DNA from: Tubiluchus corallicola
Taxonomy: Eukaryota; Animalia; Priapulida
Direction: 5' to 3'
Assembly: GCA_030141605.1 (NCBI GenBank)
Contig: JAQGDQ010000002.1
Coordinates: 2,356,001 to 2,420,000 of the forward strand
DNA: 64,000 nt
The notes under the pieces are model-generated. The model ran no database searches and had not been told where the DNA came from. It saw only the letters and a list, made by a program, of their open reading frames with translations. Positions 1 through 11,625 of this stretch are shown here, piece after piece (the stretch's first letter is position 1; every line of letters begins with the position of its first letter). The translations under genes were made by a program, and so were the position numbers.

Positions 1-249
1 TTGTCTTTGTTAGAATTTTTTGTACTATAAAACTATGTTTTGCTTCAATAAATCTTGAGGTTTAATTTAACTTTTATTTGATTTAGTACAAAGCTCTTGG
101 GTAGACTCAATAGAATTAAATAAATTATTAATCATAATTTAAGTGTATAGCCCAGTACATTTCTACAGCGCAGTTAATTAAGTTAAAAGTTATGTAGTGG
201 CACGAAAGACAGTTCTTGAAACAAGCAAGTGCTTTACATATACAAAGTG

Positions 250-1250
250 AACGACATTTGATTACAGTAGTTTCATTTACTGACTTGATTCTGGAACAAG
301 ATTGGTAAACAAATTCTGTCAGGCATTACCATCGATTATTTCTAGGTTTCAGGGCTGTGCATTCAGTTATATGATTAGAAAGGTGAGAGAATTATTGCTG
401 GGACACCCTGATGAATTTCAAAATGCATAAGCATTCATAGTTGGAGATGTATGAGGCATGATATGATGCATGCCTATCCTGGTTTTATGGGGAGTGAACT
501 CCCGACTGTTTCCAAACTTCCACATTTTGTTTTTCCAAAACATTGGTTCAGAGTCTTGCGTCAACTTTCAGTCTCTTATGTTGATCCTAGTGGATGCTTG
601 GCAATGGATTTATTCGAGTACATAAAAATTGAACAACTATGCGTTTTTTACTTTTTTTAACTAAGTAATTCTGACATTTATTCACTGCAAAATTATTGTT
701 GTTATTGCTATCCTTGGCACTCATATATGTACTTATGTGGAGGCATAATACTTCTGATGAATACCACAATTAGCAACAGAATAATAAAATATCAAAATGA
801 ACCTGAGATTAAAAACTAGTTGGTTAAAAGAACTTTAGTACTGCTTATCATGTCACAATGTTACTAAACAGGCCCTAACTTGGGAATTTAAATGAAAGCA
901 ATAACAACATGTCATTAAGAAGGCCTGTTATGCCTGCTTCAAATAACAACAAATAAACGATGTGAATTGGTAAATTAATGTAAGGGGGTGTGAGGTAGAA
1001 TGATAATTGGATTGATGTATAGTGGAGTGGTGGGGCAGAGGTAAAAACTTGCATGTGAAATAATTTAGAGTGATGACAATACAAACAAATTGTATGCACC
1101 AGACGAAAATTTTTCTGACAATTACCGGCAATGTCTATGCAAATATATACATTGTTTTGGGTGTTATGTGAAGTTGGCATAATAAAAGGGGCCATATAAC
1201 GAGGTTTGACAAATATTCAATTTGGTGAGTGAATGCCTCGCGAATCGCGA
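250..1250 (+). mobile_element. Decayed Mutator-like (MULE) transposase relic
   Basis: Fragments FQGCAFSYMIRKVRELLLG (cf. GCxFHxxQxxxRKxxxLGL), SKLPHFVFPKHW...DLFEYIK (cf. ALPFLP..H...L..Y) and a frameshifted TN(N)DV..W near 950 (cf. RTNNxVEGW). Contains stops and frameshifts; boundaries approximate. Confidence 0.45.
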
Positions 1251-1434
1251 CATACACGTGTGTTCATGATAGATTACGACATGAAATGATTGAGATCAAA
1301 GTGAGATTATTATCTTGAGGTAATCCTGTTGTTTACTAATAGCAGAGACATGATAAAACTTGTCTATATACATGTATAGCATGCATCAATGCATCTAAAG
1401 TTTCCCATTAAATTAAGCTAATGAGCAATCTCCA

Positions 1435-1581
1435 TTATTCTTTATTTTTCTTGGGAAATGCCATACTAAACAGGACATAACCACCAGCCACTGCAGTTAG
1501 TACAGTCACACCCAATGTCAACACATACAAGCTTCGGTCTATAGGGCCACGCTTGAGATGAATCGGCACACCATCATTTTT
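1435..1581 (-). CDS. COX7A2L: COX7A2L-like terminal coding exon (KNDGVPIHLKRGPIDRSLYVLTLGVTVLTAVAGGYVLFSMAFPKKNKE*)
   Basis: Long polypyrimidine acceptor tttttccag|AAA, COX7A signature DGVPIHLKRG, one transmembrane helix and PKK tail, TAA stop. Joined CDS 72+118+57+104+147=498 nt (165 aa). Confidence 0.93.
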   Translation of the reverse strand, partial: KNDGVPIHLKRGPIDRSLYVLTLGVTVLTAVAGGYVLFSMAFPKKNKE

Positions 1582-2516
1582 CTGGAAAAAACAAAAAAAA
1601 ATCATCACATTTATTAATTCTATAATACAGTCAACTCTGCTTAACTCATATCTCTTGTGATCAAAGAAAATTGCTGATCTGTGTATCTGTGTAGTTATAT
1701 TTATAACCAGAGAAGCCATCAGGACTCAAGATGCAAACAGGAAAGCTCAAGTATCTGGGTTAAATAAATTTATATACTTAAGTTCAGACAACAATAAGTG
1801 ACCTATTAACCTTTGACTTAACTCAAAATCACATAAGTATCCAAAATTCAGAAACCAAGGTTCCAATATTTTCAGTTGCATTTTCGAAATGAAGCCTAAC
1901 ATATAACGCGTAAGAATTGAAGTGCCTGCTTTTTTCTAAGTTTCTATAGTAAGGCAAAAGATGCTTCATCAACATTCGAGTTTATGTGTACTACTAAACA
2001 CATCAACAAAATGCATACTATTAAGCATGTAATTTGTGCACTCAATGATATTAGGGTTTGGCAAAAAAGGCAAGGTGGTAGCAATCGAGGCAGCTTACTC
2101 AGCTCTTGCTCTTCAATGCTAGGATCTAATAAAAATTAATAAGGGTATATCATTAAAACTTTTTTCCACCATTTTTCTGCTTTTTCAGTCTCAGCTTTTG
2201 GCTTTGAGATACACAGCAATTCAAGTTATAGCCGAATGAGTTTACTGTATGTATGGCAGCTATTTCTAATTCACTTCCACTAGTACCCCAGATTTCATTT
2301 CTAATGCTTTTTTTATTCCAAGTTAATGCATATTTACATTTTAGACAATTATGCATCTTTTCTGGAGCAGACCTCACCAATTAAAAAACTTAAGGAAACT
2401 CAAATTCCACTCTGCCCGTGTAAACTGATGTTCGTTTATCCATTTGCTAGAGCTTGATGTGCAATCGCTGATATAAAGTGGCACGCTCAAAGCTTGGCAA
2501 ATTCTGTATGGTAACG

Positions 2517-2706
2517 AAAGTTGGGGTAGCCACTGCAGTTTTTAGCAAAATTAGAGATTATAATTGAGTGAACTACTAATTTTTTGTTATTTTACACATG
2601 CATAGTGTACAAGAAAGTTTGGGCAGCGTAAAATAACAAAAAATTAGTAGTTTACTCAAATATAATCTATAATTTTGCTAAAAGCGGCAGCGGCTGTCCA
2701 AACTTT
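2517..2706. mobile_element. Palindromic MITE (about 80 bp inverted arms), Tc1-like terminal motif
   Basis: aaagttggggtagcc...aattttttgttattttac (2517-2597) is the near reverse complement of gtaaaataacaaaaaatt...ggctgtccaaacttt (2628-2706). AAAGTTTGGACA resembles Tc1 TIRs. Confidence 0.75.
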
Positions 2707-2707
2707 A

Positions 2708-3469
2708 GTGCATAGGAAAAATGACACAAATGGAAAAGTAGGTAAAGATGGCACACTTTGTAAAATACATGCTTTGGGTTCGAGTTACAGTGGGGGATAT
2801 TTTAGTTATTTTTACCTCTACCAAGGAAGTTATGCTTCAACACAGTTTGTTTGTTTGTTTGTCTAGTTGTTTTTATCTCTGTTATGGCAATAAGCCTCCA
2901 AAAAACTTTGTGAGGAATGGTGGGTATAGGATGCCAAAATGGGAAATTTTTCGCTGGTTCTTTTTTCGTAAAACTTGACTGAACACCACGCACAAAAAAT
3001 ATTCAAGAAGCACTTCTTGAAGGTCTTACAGGGAGTGTTTAATACTTCTTTTTTGCCATCTCCACCAAAATTAATGGTGAAAAGGTAGATGAACACTCTG
3101 TGGAACATTCGTGCATTATTGATTATAAATCCATTTAGTGAACAAATATTTTGCGAGTCTTTTGCTAGTCTATATAATACCAATACATGTACATTTTTGT
3201 ATGTCTGCTTGTTTATCTTTGTGTCAAATTTTTTTGAATCAAAAGAATCAGACGAATAAGTTTAGGATTGTTTGGCTTTGGCAGAGATCTGCTTCCTACT
3301 AAGCGCATTTAATTTTATTACAGAAATCAAATACATCAAAATAACTATGTGCCATTTTTTCCTACTTTTCCATTTGTGCCATTTTTACCCGAGTCATTTT
3401 TTCCTGCACAATCTTTTACTTACTTTTCCTTCTGTTCTACTTTTACCCGTGGCATTCTTACCGCACACC
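2708..3469 (+). mobile_element. Non-autonomous MULE/Foldback-type element, family A copy 1
   Basis: Arms built from AAAAATGGCAC / GTGCCATTTTT repeats in inverted orientation. The internal sequence recurs, inverted, at 37767-38999. Confidence 0.8.
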
Positions 3470-3738
3470 AGGCATAGTAATAATAGTTATGTACCACTGA
3501 CTGGCTATGGAGTAAATAAGCGGAAATCATTTAGGGTAAAAATTTACAGAACTCTACTCTATGCAATAAGTAAAATGACAGCAGACGCTGAGTTTCAATT
3601 ACAGTACAGTAGTTTGGCACAGCATGCAAAAATTTTGCCATCATCAGCTAAGTATTTTTAAATTGTTATTAAAACATGTGCATTGTAAACATGGGTTTCA
3701 ACTTTAGGACCATTAATCTATGTCTGGAACAAACTTAC

Positions 3739-3842
3739 ACCAAAAAGCTCCTGAAGATCTCGGATTCTAGGACTATACGGACCAAATTTTCCCTGCACCA
3801 AGCCCTTAGAACTGTAATCTACTTTCGTCATGGGTTTCGTTT
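3739..3842 (-). CDS. COX7A2L: COX7A2L-like coding exon 4 ((E)TKPMTKVDYSSKGLVQGKFGPYSPRIRDLQELFG)
   Basis: Acceptor tttagtttcag|AA and donor GGT|GTAAGT. RIRDLQELF aligns with the COX7A-family KVPELQKFF. Phase 1 in, phase 0 out. Confidence 0.85.
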
Positions 3843-4355
3843 CTGAAACTAAATATAAAAGTATCAATAACAAAATTAAAATTTAATTAAAACGGCTTTT
3901 AGTAGCAAAAAATGCAAAATTAGAACACGTTATAGAGGCAAAGTTTAGCAGCGGAATGACAAACTAAAGCTTTGTACATATGATAAAGATAAAATTTTGT
4001 TATGCCGTTACGCAAAGTGAAACATGTTATTCTCCAGGATGCATTTCACACAGAATCATCATGTTGTGCACTTTGCCTGCGTCCTTCCATCAAAAAATAA
4101 AAAAACAAATATTTCATTTTTGCAAAAATTCTGCTTAAAATTTCTATTAACTGTTCCATCCTTCGTGGAATACATGTATTTAATATCTTCCATTCATTAA
4201 TTACTAATATTAACTATAATCTTTACAGGCATTTAAAGAATTAAAAGCCCATACAACGTCAACAGACAGTGAAGTTTTTTACCGTACTATTAGGATTACA
4301 AAAGGAGTTTGTAGTTCATTTTATATAAAATGAACATATAAATTAAATAACTTAC

Positions 4356-4412
4356 CTTTTTCTGGGGAATTTTGAATGTGTACATTGCCGTGAAGATCGC
4401 CATGTTTCACAT
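4356..4412 (-). CDS. COX7A2L: COX7A2L-like coding exon 3, 57 nt symmetric exon ((D)VKHGDLHGNVHIQNSPEK), possibly a cassette
   Basis: Strong donor AAG|GTAAGT, weaker acceptor ttcttgcaaaag|AT. Open in the phase 1->1 frame that the flanking exons require. No homology support. Confidence 0.6.
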
Positions 4413-6056
4413 CTTTTGCAAGAATGATGTAATTAATATAGAAAGCTTCAGAAACTAAGCAAAAGGCTAATCACGATTAGTGTAAATTGCTTGCCTTCAA
4501 AATATGGATGTTTTGGCGAAGCAAAATTGCCGACTGCTTTTATATTCAAGTCTGGCAGTAGCGGAGCTAAATTGATGCAACTTAAAAATAGCAAATAGCA
4601 TTCAAAACATGAAAAGATAATAATTATGGTAACTAAAATTGTGCACAAGTTCAGTTTAAAATTGCCACAAGTCTCAGCACAACACCCTAGAGGCAAACAT
4701 TACTCACCCATGCCTCATATATACCACCTACGTACGATGTTATTTTTATTCCTGCACCGCAATCCTGCTCGATTGAGACGTAACTATTTTTTATCTCAAT
4801 ACTCCACACATTTAAAATCTGCATCTCGATAGTGTTTAACTCTATTCAACGGTGACATAACTACTGTACAGTTGATTGTTTCTACAAGTACATAGAGTAT
4901 CATGTAGAGTACATGTAGGACCAACAGCATTACAAGAGGGGTCGCTACTTACTGGGCTAGTTTTATTGAATAAGTTGCAATCTAAAGTCTATTAGTGTTT
5001 CCACATCAGATAAGCAATTTAATAGATAAATTTAAATTTTCATAAATGTATTATAAAATTCATTATCATCACTTATCAACTGCTCCATGCTAGAAGTATC
5101 CAACCCATATAATGCATGCAAGAGAAACTGCCAGTATTGTATCATTCGATCAATGCCAAGTGTTCACTGACGTGTATGAATTTTGAGTAGCAGAATTTTA
5201 TTACTTTATAATTAAAAAGTCTGGTGCTAAAATCTGCATTTGGAATTACTTTAATTTAAAACAAGATGTGGTTACTGGGAAGATTTTTACCAACACACAC
5301 ATCTTGTCAACAGTGTCAAAAAGAAATTACTATGACATAGACTTCACCAACAAATTAATTTCAGTACTTGAGGTACAAACATTCAGAGATTTGTACAGAG
5401 ACAATAAAGACTGCAATGTGTAAGTGAATGTCAAGAGAGCAGCCAGCAGTTTATACAGTAAAACAGCTAGTGTTTCGACAGAATAACTTGAAAGTAACAG
5501 CAAAGAACCCATAAAATACACAACAGCAATTTTTTTGAGCAAAAACATGGTACCTACAGTACTACGCATGTAGTCAGTAAGCCAAGGTTTAAAAACATGA
5601 ATGATGAATGGTAACTGAAAGTTATATGCTATACGTGTTAAGAAATGCTTTAACAAAATTTTACATCATTTATCTCGCGCAACGCAAATTAAATACTGCT
5701 AACAAGGAAATGATAAAAAATCAAAAGAAACAAGTTTTACAGTAAGTTTATCATAAATAAATTGAATATTTGTAAGAGAGTAGGATTTTGGGTTATAAAA
5801 GCTTATATTATATTGAGGGTTTAGTTTGACTTTAATAGGACCAAAAATTTCGTTGTATCACAACTCTATTCCTGATAACAAATTTGACTTTGCTTTCTCT
5901 AAGACAAAATAATGGAATTAGGGAGAATTAGTCAGAAAGGAATGGAAGATGTTGACAAACGGTAGGGTATACCTATTCAATGATTTTCAAACTGTCACAC
6001 AGTTAGTTCATCTTGTCAGCAAATTAAATTTAACTACAAACAGAACATGATCATAC

Positions 6057-6174
6057 CACTTTTGACTTCTGTTGAGGCTTTCGGTTGTCCTAATTCTGGC
6101 ACAGGAGTTTTAGAAAAAGTTACTCGAGGCGACTCATAAATAACAGATGGATGCCGTGGTATAGGATACAATCC
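6057..6174 (-). CDS. COX7A2L: COX7A2L-like coding exon 2 (GLYPIPRHPSVIYESPRVTFSKTPVPELGQPKASTEVKS)
   Basis: Acceptor cttttag|GGA TTG and donor G|GTATGA. Open frame; GLYP..PSVIYESP resembles human GLKP..PPIIFATP. Phase 0 in, phase 1 out. Confidence 0.85.
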
Positions 6175-6926
6175 CTAAAAGTTAAGTTGCTGTTAAGAAT
6201 TTCGAAAAAACTGAAAATTGATTTAATATTTAAAAAAATATACATGATAACAAACCAGAAAGAAAACTCAGCAATAATATTTGTTAAGTATAGCGACATT
6301 AGTGTATAATTCTGTAGATAGATGGACATATAGAAGAGGATGTCATGAAAAGGCCTTTCTAGTGGGAATATCTTGCAGTTACAGTATCCTTATTGCTTGC
6401 TGTTACTGCATCGAGGATTAAAACTGAACCACTGTAGGGTTCATTATCTGGGTTCATCAGCATTTTGAGCTGGCTAGGTAAAGCTGAGATAAGCCATATT
6501 CAAATCTTTGGGGTGGCTGATTCAATAACTGGTGCTTTTCGTTAATCCCCTCCCATTTGTTCGATTACTCTATTTATACTAATCTTCTAATTAGTATATA
6601 CTAATTTGATTTAGCAACAGCTAGTAGCGATATCTATGTTGTGAGAGGCATAAATACAGCCGATGCTTCTTAAGGGAGATACAAAGCATTTAATTCCATG
6701 TTAATTAGACAAGGCATTGTTAAGAAATTTTCCCGAATTGTTCACAGGCCTAACGACCCTAACCAACTACGAAATAAGTTATACTTGATTTGCGTGACAT
6801 TTATCCTCTAATAAGAGCGAATTTTTGTGCCAGCGCATGAAATATAGCATTTTCTGAAGATTTAATAGTAGAATAAAAGTATGTTTCTACATGACCTCTA
6901 AAAAGCAAAGACCAAAGGTAACGAAC

Positions 6927-6998
6927 CTGCGGACTGTACACGCTGCTTTGATCAGCCAAGCCAATCCTGCTTGTAATTTGTGAAAATTTATAATACAT
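6927..6998 (-). CDS. COX7A2L: COX7A2L/SCAF1-like supercomplex assembly factor, coding exon 1 (MYYKFSQITSRIGLADQSSVYSPQ)
   Basis: Translation parallels the human COX7A2L N-terminus as recalled ([24 protein letters not shown]). 72 nt ending CAG|GTTCGT, phase 0. Confidence 0.9.
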
Positions 6999-8439
6999 TA
7001 GTGCACTCCGTTCATGTATTTTACAAAGGACAAAAATAAATTAAAAAATATTAAAGTTAAGTTTAGAAATTAAAAAGCAAAACTATGGTCACAAAATCAT
7101 TGTACCAATCTGCTCCATATAAACACACATATTGACTTCCCTTGCAAAGATTTTAAAGTTGAGTCAGTTCGGCATATTGTCAAAGTTGTCATATTTTTGC
7201 CACACCCTAACGATACGACCCTAGTCTCATAGAGATAGACATAGACTTAGAACATTTATTTTCTCCTTTATAGTTTTACAGCAAAAGTTCATCAAATATT
7301 TAGTAATTGTAATCATGGAGCAGGACAGGGAGGGACCATAGGGTCATCTAGTCTCCTACTCTTTCTTATAGATAGATTGGTATAATTAAAAATAAACTCC
7401 TGCAGAGTGGAAACGCTTTTGCCAGTTGGATAGGAAAACAGTATAACGAGTAACAGCACAAAACAATTCATTTCATCTAAATATTGTTTATATCTTACAA
7501 AGTATATCATGCCGCAACTTTTAATGTGGAAAGTTATGAGCTTGTTCAGCTTACAATCTTGAAGAAAGATCTCTGGGAGTTTCGGATTAGTGATGAGTCG
7601 AAGGCTTTACTAAACTTCACAAAAATAGCTATCAATACTTTCTGCAACATCAAGATTTGTTGGTGACAGCTTTCCTGAAGGTAGGGTGGTATAATTGTGT
7701 AAGATCGAGACTGTTGACAGGTATTGTGAATGCGGTTGAGTAGCAATAAATGCTGGCTACTGCACCACTTGCCGGCCACTGACATTAGCGGTCTGTCTCG
7801 ATAATCCTTCATTTTTTTGTTTTTTGTAGTTTTATTTGGCATTGCAATTATCGTGCCCTTTCTCCATTGCTTCTGAGCCTCAGGTTGGTTCTGCACTGCA
7901 TTATGATTAAACAGTATTGTCTGCTTGTTTATTTTTGATGTTTTTCATGATTTAAGTGCATTTTATTCATTAGCTGCATTTACAATCTGTTTCATTTTTG
8001 CTCAATATTTTGTTACATTCAAATTTCATTGCATTTTGCTTGCTTTTTATTTATTAGCTACATTCATAAGTTAAGTGTATTTCTTGCTTTCTTTGTGTTT
8101 ATTTGCTACGTTATGATTTAACTGGCTACTTGTTTCTTTCTTTGTTGCTACATTCATCATTTAACTGTATTTTGTTCATTTGCTACATTTTATGATTTGT
8201 TTCCTTTTTATTCATTTGTTACATCCAAAAACTAATTGTACATTTTCGACTTAATCATGTACTCTGCAGTTCTTTAAAATATTCTTAAAATATGTATGAG
8301 TGCCTGATTTAGTGAACTACCTCGTCTCTCGCTACCCCATTTCTAAACACCACTAACAATTTGTTGTAATTGTCTGATGAACATTGTATTGCAAATAATC
8401 AAACTTTTAAATTGAGAAAAAATTGAATTGAATTGCACT

Positions 8440-9420
8440 ACTCACTTCGAGCAAGCTGAAAGCAACCCCTACCAAAATGAAGTGTTTCCGAAGTGATGGA
8501 GTAATTAAAAGAGATTTGTGCCTGACAAGAACCGTAGTGCAGGCGTAAAAACTATCTTGGTCAGACTTGGTGTCCTAATAATACCTGACCTGTTGGAAGT
8601 TTTCTTAGCTATGCATTGCATCAGTTAAAAAATAAACGATTTTGGGTGCGACTAGAAGGGCACGTTGTCTCTACAGATAAAGATATTACATTAACATCAT
8701 TCGCTGAATTTGCTAGACCACATCCTGAGTATTGTGTCAAAGTTGTGAAATCTGCATTATCAAAGAACTGTGTTGTTTATTGCAAAGGGAGTACAAAAAC
8801 ATACCTGATAAACTGTAGCTGTTACACAATTTCCCTGTTTTTTTGTAAGAAAACAAAATGGACGAGTAATAAGATTTACTTATGCAATGCTTTCCTTACA
8901 TGATTGTTTATTTGCATAATAATTTGCAGGCCCGTTATCATTACCTTTGTTGGTTGAGGAACAGACGTTAAGTAGAGATATTGTTAAGAAACCAGTGGGA
9001 ATGTAAAGTTTATTATTTGAAACTTATCGAAACCATGTTCAATGTTCAATGGAGTTAGAGTAGATTGGCAATGTGGAAATCACGTTACTGAATAAACCAC
9101 TCCCTAGACAACATGGATAAATTTCAGTTCACTCATACTGGGAGAGTTGCATTTAAGACACGAGGCACAGAACTGTGAAGATCAAGATGCTCTAAGCATT
9201 GAGTTGCTAAGATGTAGAGATAATTTAAGTTGTGCAAAGCTTAGATTTAACAAAGAACACTTTGCAATGTGTTGTTTTATGCATTCACAGAAATATTAGA
9301 ATTCAGTTAAGCAGTATGAGCTGTAAATATTGTGTATATGCTGTCTAAACAAGGAATCATTTTATAGCAACTTAAGCTGTTTACAACTTGCATGCAATAA
9401 TCTAAAATGAGATTATGATG
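8440..9420 (+). mobile_element. Decayed CR1-type LINE, 3' part of ORF2
   Basis: STDKDITLTSFAEFARPHPEYCVKV resembles CR1 SRDK..IL.LY..LVRPHLEYCVQ, with a downstream TRG-like remnant. Boundaries approximate. Confidence 0.6.
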
Positions 9421-9697
9421 TTAGAACACTTAGAAGTGATGCTTAATGACTAATAGTTAGCAGTACTCCAGTTGTTCGGAACATAGGGATTTTGTATATT
9501 CTATACATCCGACTTCGCGAGCCAGAACAAAAACACCCAACGAAACCAAAATATCCTAACTCGACCACTAAACTGTAGAGAAAGTAAGAACAGTCTCTGT
9601 TTTCCTGTGCCTGTTTGACCACTCAATTGACATTATACACATTTCAATTATTTTTTGCTTCCAGATGAGATTCTTTGGTGCATCATATTATAAATAA

Positions 9698-9723
9698 ATA
9701 TATATATATATATATATATATAT
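9698..9723. repeat. (TA)n microsatellite
   Basis: Directly visible. Confidence 0.9.
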
Positions 9724-9933
9724 GATGCATATTTCTATAATGCATATATGATGCAAATAGGATGCATATTTAATGCATTTGTATATATATAAATTTGGAC
9801 GTTATTCGTTAAGGTTGATTCACTACCATTGATCCTAGGAGCAGGATGGACACATGCAAAACGTGTAAGAAAGCGTTTCAACTTTTTGAGTTTTGCTTTA
9901 TCTGTACCGCAAAAGATAAAATAATATATTGTT

Positions 9934-10679
9934 GGGCGCTGAGTAATCCATTAACCGAAGTAGGAAAATTGGCGTACATGGGCTAGCCCAAGTAGGACGC
10001 GTCGTACATGGGCTGCCCAAGTAGGACAATAGAAACAGGTCGCGAATTGAGTCGTTATGCGTACTGGCACCGTCCATTGTCCTTGTTTATGTAATAATAA
10101 TAATTAAAAACGTCAATACACGTTGAATAATTTATTATACATCTGATAAAACAGAGGACTTTTATTTTGTGCTAGAAGAATTAATAATTGCCAATATTAA
10201 TCTTCTTTGAAGTGAAATAAGTGCACTTTTTAGGCGATTCAACTTTTTCTTAAGGTATATTATTTTTTACCTTGTCTTGCTTCACAGACAGGTGATCCGT
10301 TTCTCTCCTTCTTGAACAAATAATTGTTTTCTACTAAGTAAACAGGTTAGCGAGTTATGTGCCTTACACAGTTTTTGTCTTTAAAGCATTAGATACTTTG
10401 GTTAATGTTTTGATGATATGAATGGAGCTAATAATAATGATGATATTGTTGTAAAAAATCATTTGTAAATTACCAAAAACTATCCCTCGTTATTATAAAA
10501 TTACTTTTTTTCTAAAACAAATTTAGTTTTATGTTTTATTATGTCATGAATCTCGATTCTCGACAGAAATCGCTAGTTTACTACTTGGGCTACCCATGTA
10601 CGACACTGCTTTTTCGCAAATTTAGCACATGCGCTTTACCGGAATTGTCCTACTTCGGCTAATGGATTACTCGGCGCCC
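9934..10679. mobile_element. MITE, about 746 bp, with ~37 bp TIRs and subterminal repeats
   Basis: Left GGGCGCTGAGTAATCCATTAACCGAAGTAGGAAAATT versus right reverse complement GGGCGCCGAGTAATCCATTAGCCGAAGTAGGACAATT. Motif CGTACATGGGCT(A)GCCCAAGTAG occurs twice on the left and once inverted on the right. Flanks tgtt / taca are compatible with a mutated TA duplication. Confidence 0.88.
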
Positions 10680-10826
10680 TACATCTATGTCTACGAATAA
10701 AATTTGCACAATCCTTATTCGGTTTTGGCCGCTTTTTTGGAATAATTACTATTGATTTAAATATATATTTGATATGGTAGAAAGACTTTGATTTCATAAT
10801 TCATCTAAATTCGTTGTATTATTAAT

Positions 10827-10838
10827 ATGTTTTATCAT
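10827..10838 (+). CDS. POLR2G: RNA polymerase II subunit RPB7, coding exon 1 (MFYH)
   Basis: ATG TTT TAT CAT|GTAAGT; matches the RPB7 N-terminus and joins exon 2 in frame. Confidence 0.92.
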
Positions 10839-11448
10839 GTAAGTAACATGTTTTATTTTTGTTTGTTTTGCGTAATATTAATGCATGGGTTTTTGAGTTT
10901 CATTTTCATTTGTTTTTTTTTGGTTTCAATGGTTATTTTGATTTGTTTCATTTAGTGTGATACTGTTTTGTTTCATAGTTTATTCTACAATTTGAAGCTT
11001 CACGCATGTATTCATTTCCATAATTATCACATTTAAATGTGCATGCTGCTTTAGTTGTTTTAAATTATATTAATTATTATTAATATTATGTCAATTAATT
11101 CTGGTTTTGCATTCACTTTTGTTTCATGCAGTTTGCATAATATTACATTTTGTACAGTTGCATGCCATCAATTTAATTTTAATTAATTCTTTTCCTATAT
11201 TCTTTTTTGCTATGATAATGCTTACTGCCATTCAGCAATTGGTTAGTTTCACTATGTTAGGCATTGATGACATCTTGTCTTTTGCCATCCCGCCCTGTAG
11301 GATATTGTTATATAGTTTTCTGTGTTTATTTGGAAGGCAAACAAATAAAGAAAATAAAACAAAAATATTGTGCATTCTAAAAATTAAAAAATATCTTAGA
11401 AATGTTGTTGAATATTTTGTGGGCAATTTCGTAACAGTTTAAATTTAG

Positions 11449-11625
<177 letters not shown>

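Noticed and set aside
4708-4818. Extra COX7A2L exon suggested by a TGG|GTGAGT donor
   Set aside because: The acceptor lacks a pyrimidine tract, and the required phase 1 frame hits TGA within a few codons.
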